Below, in pieces: positions 61,779 through 64,000 of a stretch of 64,000 bases of DNA. Source of the stretch: Nemertoderma westbladi. Taxonomy: Eukaryota > Animalia > Xenacoelomorpha. The DNA is taken from positions 11,707 through 75,706 of the forward strand of contig JAUCBJ010000602.1 of NCBI GenBank assembly GCA_032718475.1, given 5' to 3'. Under the pieces are notes generated by a model, which did no database searches, was not told the origin of the DNA, and was given only the letters and a program-made list of their open reading frames with translations. Both the position numbers and the translations under genes were made by a program. Position 1 is the stretch's first letter; every line of letters begins with the position of its first letter.

Positions 61779-64000
61779 TCATAAAGCGACGTCCTTGTCA
61801 CCCGTAGTACCAGCAGCTACGTAGGAGAACACGCAGAGAACCGCGTAACATATCTCCGTAGCCATACTCGAGTGGTACTTCCGCAAAACAACCTCGTCCG
61901 TTCCATCAACCGTTTCTATTTTCTCCTGCAGGATAAACAAGCCGCCCTTCTTGCTGTTACATTTTAGGATATTAGTTAAAGTGATGAAGTAGCGGTTATC
62001 CGCGAACTTGAACCACAAGCCGTCGAGAGTTACCTGTACGAGACCCCCCTCTCCCGTCTTTACGTCCTGTATCGGGAATTCGTCACCCAGAACGGCGCCT
62101 GCGTCAGTACTTTTACTCCGAGTCGCGGCCCGCTCCATGGAGTGTCGGATACAGTTGTACAAGTCTTTACATTTCGTTGTGTAAAATTGGTTAAAGTCTG
62201 TGGTGCGAGCGCGTTTACACCAGATACACAGGACCTTGGTTTTCGGGCAGAATGATATGTTGATAAGCTTCTCGTACCAGAAGCGCTGCGCGATGTGGCC
62301 CTTCCCGTTGCGGACGACGATACAATCGTCGCAGACCTCGATGAAGACGAGCTCCCCGTAGTAATCGGTCCCGGCGTGGGCGACGAAGCTGTGCTTCCGC
62401 ATCTGCCGCGATCCGACTATCTTCAGATCGATATCGTTTCCGGCCACTTTGCCGATGCCGTCCAGTAGTTGGTTTATATCGTAGGAATGGGACAGCGCGA
62501 TATGGGATCGACCCAGGAGGCGTCGAACCTTCTTCTTTAATTCCTTCCGGGAAACTTTCATCATGACCATGAAGCCGACCATGTTGTAGAGCATGTGGAC
62601 TAGAAGGGTATCCTCGTCGTTTTCAATGCGATGTCGTTCATTCGGGGCGAGCGACGCGTAACGGCCGAGATCCTGCTCCATGCCGACGGCTTCCCGTTCA
62701 GCCGACACCGCGTCCAGGAAGGCGTCCTCCCAAAAGCCGACGTTGTCCCACAACGAGGAGCGCTCCTTATCAGAGAGCAGCTCGAACAGGTACTTCTTGA
62801 GGTCGTTCTCGGGGTTGGGGACGCGACTCAGCGGGACCAGCGCGCCCCGGTGATACCGGTAGCCAGCGGTCGAGCAGCTCTTGGGCTCCAACGCGCTGGG
62901 CGGAGTCGGCTTACTCCGACGGCTGAGGTGCGACGGCGCCCCGGTGTGGTTGGCCCCGAGGCCGACTCCGTCCAGCTCCGAGTCCGACAGCGTCGTCCGC
63001 ACGATGTGCTGATGGCTGAGCCGACGGTGGTGTCGGTGATCCCCGCCCGATCCTCCACTCGCATCGGAGTTGATCGTCTCGCTGGACTCACGACTGATTA
63101 TCGTCGCGGCTTCACTCACCTCGCTGTCCAGAGACGGGAGTTTACGCATCGGCTGCGACGGCTGGTCCGAGTCTCCGACGGATATCGTGGGCGGGTTACC
63201 CATAACAATCCCCTGACTACCATCCGCCAACCCTGGGGACACAGCCCTCGCTATCTCCTGGTCCGATATCACCTCGAACTCACCGGAACCAACCCGATTC
63301 ACCCTGCGGTTCTCCCTCGGACTCTCAGGCGCGCTGGACCCCGCCGACTCCCCCCCAGCGGGGACCTCCGCCTCCCCGGACAGGAAGCTGTTGATGCTCT
63401 TCTGGGCGCTGCCGAAGACGCCCTCGACGCGGTTGAGCCGCAGCGTGGAGGCCCCGCTGTCCCGACGGGGGTCCCGAATGTAGTAGTGGGTGTGGAGGAT
63501 CTCGAGAAGGCCGAACACCGAGGCCAACCCGCCGAGGCCGAAGTTCTCCGTCCAGGAGATCTCCAGACTGACCACCATCCCGCGGAGCAGCGCAACGAGG
63601 CCCTTAAAGACACCGCGGGGGACCTCGACATCCTCGATGTGAACGTCGGACTGGGAGACGGTCCGGTTGATGTTGTGGTTGAGTTTGGCGATGGTGAAGG
63701 CGCGAAGGTTCTCGTTGGTTAGCAACGAGCGGACGCGCTTCATGTTAAACCAGCCAATGGAGTTCCCGTTGTATATGTTAGTGATTACATCGGCGAGGAA
63801 CTGTTGGTTCTCGTTGGTGGAGGCGTGTCGGGCGATCTGGCCCTTCGTGGGGTTTACGTTCATCTGGTTGGGGTGTTTCAGCACGCTGGGCACGTTGGAC
63901 CAATCCAACGAGGTCTTGGATCGAACCGCGGGGAAGGGGTTGAGTCGGTCCCGCGCCGGGGCGAGTTTCTTGCTCGCGAACTTGACGAGATCGGCGGTGC
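61779..64000 (-). CDS. madd: MAP kinase-activating death domain protein / Rab3-Rab27 GEF (MADD, AEX-3), C-terminal part; 5' end outside the window
   Basis: Motifs ENQQFL..GWFNMKRVRSLL, LWDNVGFWEDAFLDAV..ERE, KKKVRRLLGRSHI, EVCDDC, WYEKLINISFCPKTKVLCIW, EICYAVLCVFSYVAA; the frame stays open to the window edge. Confidence 0.93.
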   Translation of the reverse strand, partial: TADLVKFASKKLAPARDRLNPFPAVRSKTSLDWSNVPSVLKHPNQMNVNPTKGQIARHASTNENQQFLADVITNIYNGNSIGWFNMKRVRSLLTNENLRAFTIAKLNHNINRTVSQSDVHIEDVEVPRGVFKGLVALLRGMVVSLEISWTENFGLGGLASVFGLLEILHTHYYIRDPRRDSGASTLRLNRVEGVFGSAQKSINSFLSGEAEVPAGGESAGSSAPESPRENRRVNRVGSGEFEVISDQEIARAVSPGLADGSQGIVMGNPPTISVGDSDQPSQPMRKLPSLDSEVSEAATIISRESSETINSDASGGSGGDHRHHRRLSHQHIVRTTLSDSELDGVGLGANHTGAPSHLSRRSKPTPPSALEPKSCSTAGYRYHRGALVPLSRVPNPENDLKKYLFELLSDKERSSLWDNVGFWEDAFLDAVSAEREAVGMEQDLGRYASLAPNERHRIENDEDTLLVHMLYNMVGFMVMMKVSRKELKKKVRRLLGRSHIALSHSYDINQLLDGIGKVAGNDIDLKIVGSRQMRKHSFVAHAGTDYYGELVFIEVCDDCIVVRNGKGHIAQRFWYEKLINISFCPKTKVLCIWCKRARTTDFNQFYTTKCKDLYNCIRHSMERAATRSKSTDAGAVLGDEFPIQDVKTGEGGLVQVTLDGLWFKFADNRYFITLTNILKCNSKKGGLFILQEKIETVDGTDEVVLRKYHSSMATEICYAVLCVFSYVAAGTTGDKDVAL

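Noticed and set aside
62631-63722. 363-aa plus-strand ORF
   Set aside because: Antisense shadow of the GC-rich MADD coding sequence, with no recognisable motifs.

Overview
Animal (eukaryotic) genomic DNA, AT-rich and dominated by tandem repeats. It holds three genes. (1) Most of a Dishevelled (Dvl/dsh) gene on the + strand (1232-~32124: basic region, PDZ, DEP, C-terminus; the DIX exons lie left of the window), with about 1.5 kb of coding sequence spread over 31 kb. (2) A spliced minus-strand gene of unknown function with a (YPNET[S/A])n coding repeat (~41.8-45.5 kb). (3) The uninterrupted 3' part of MADD/AEX-3 on the minus strand (61779 to the window end). The most striking signal is that several Dvl introns are filled by minisatellites whose unit is a copy of the adjacent exon-intron junction: acceptor arrays of 48 and 37 bp, donor arrays of 39 and 51 bp, a degenerate 3-copy ~40-bp donor array, and a looser 47-bp case. 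These create hundreds of near-perfect decoy splice sites. Dvl also carries two tandemly duplicated, frame-incompatible (mutually exclusive) exons for the second half of the PDZ domain. Mobile elements include a 5'-truncated RTE-type LINE inserted into one array, a fragment of the same LINE, a tRNA-derived SINE with a 14-bp TSD and a PIF/Harbinger-type MITE. The long ORFs in the ORF track that run through repeats are translation artefacts. Copy numbers are estimated as span divided by unit length.
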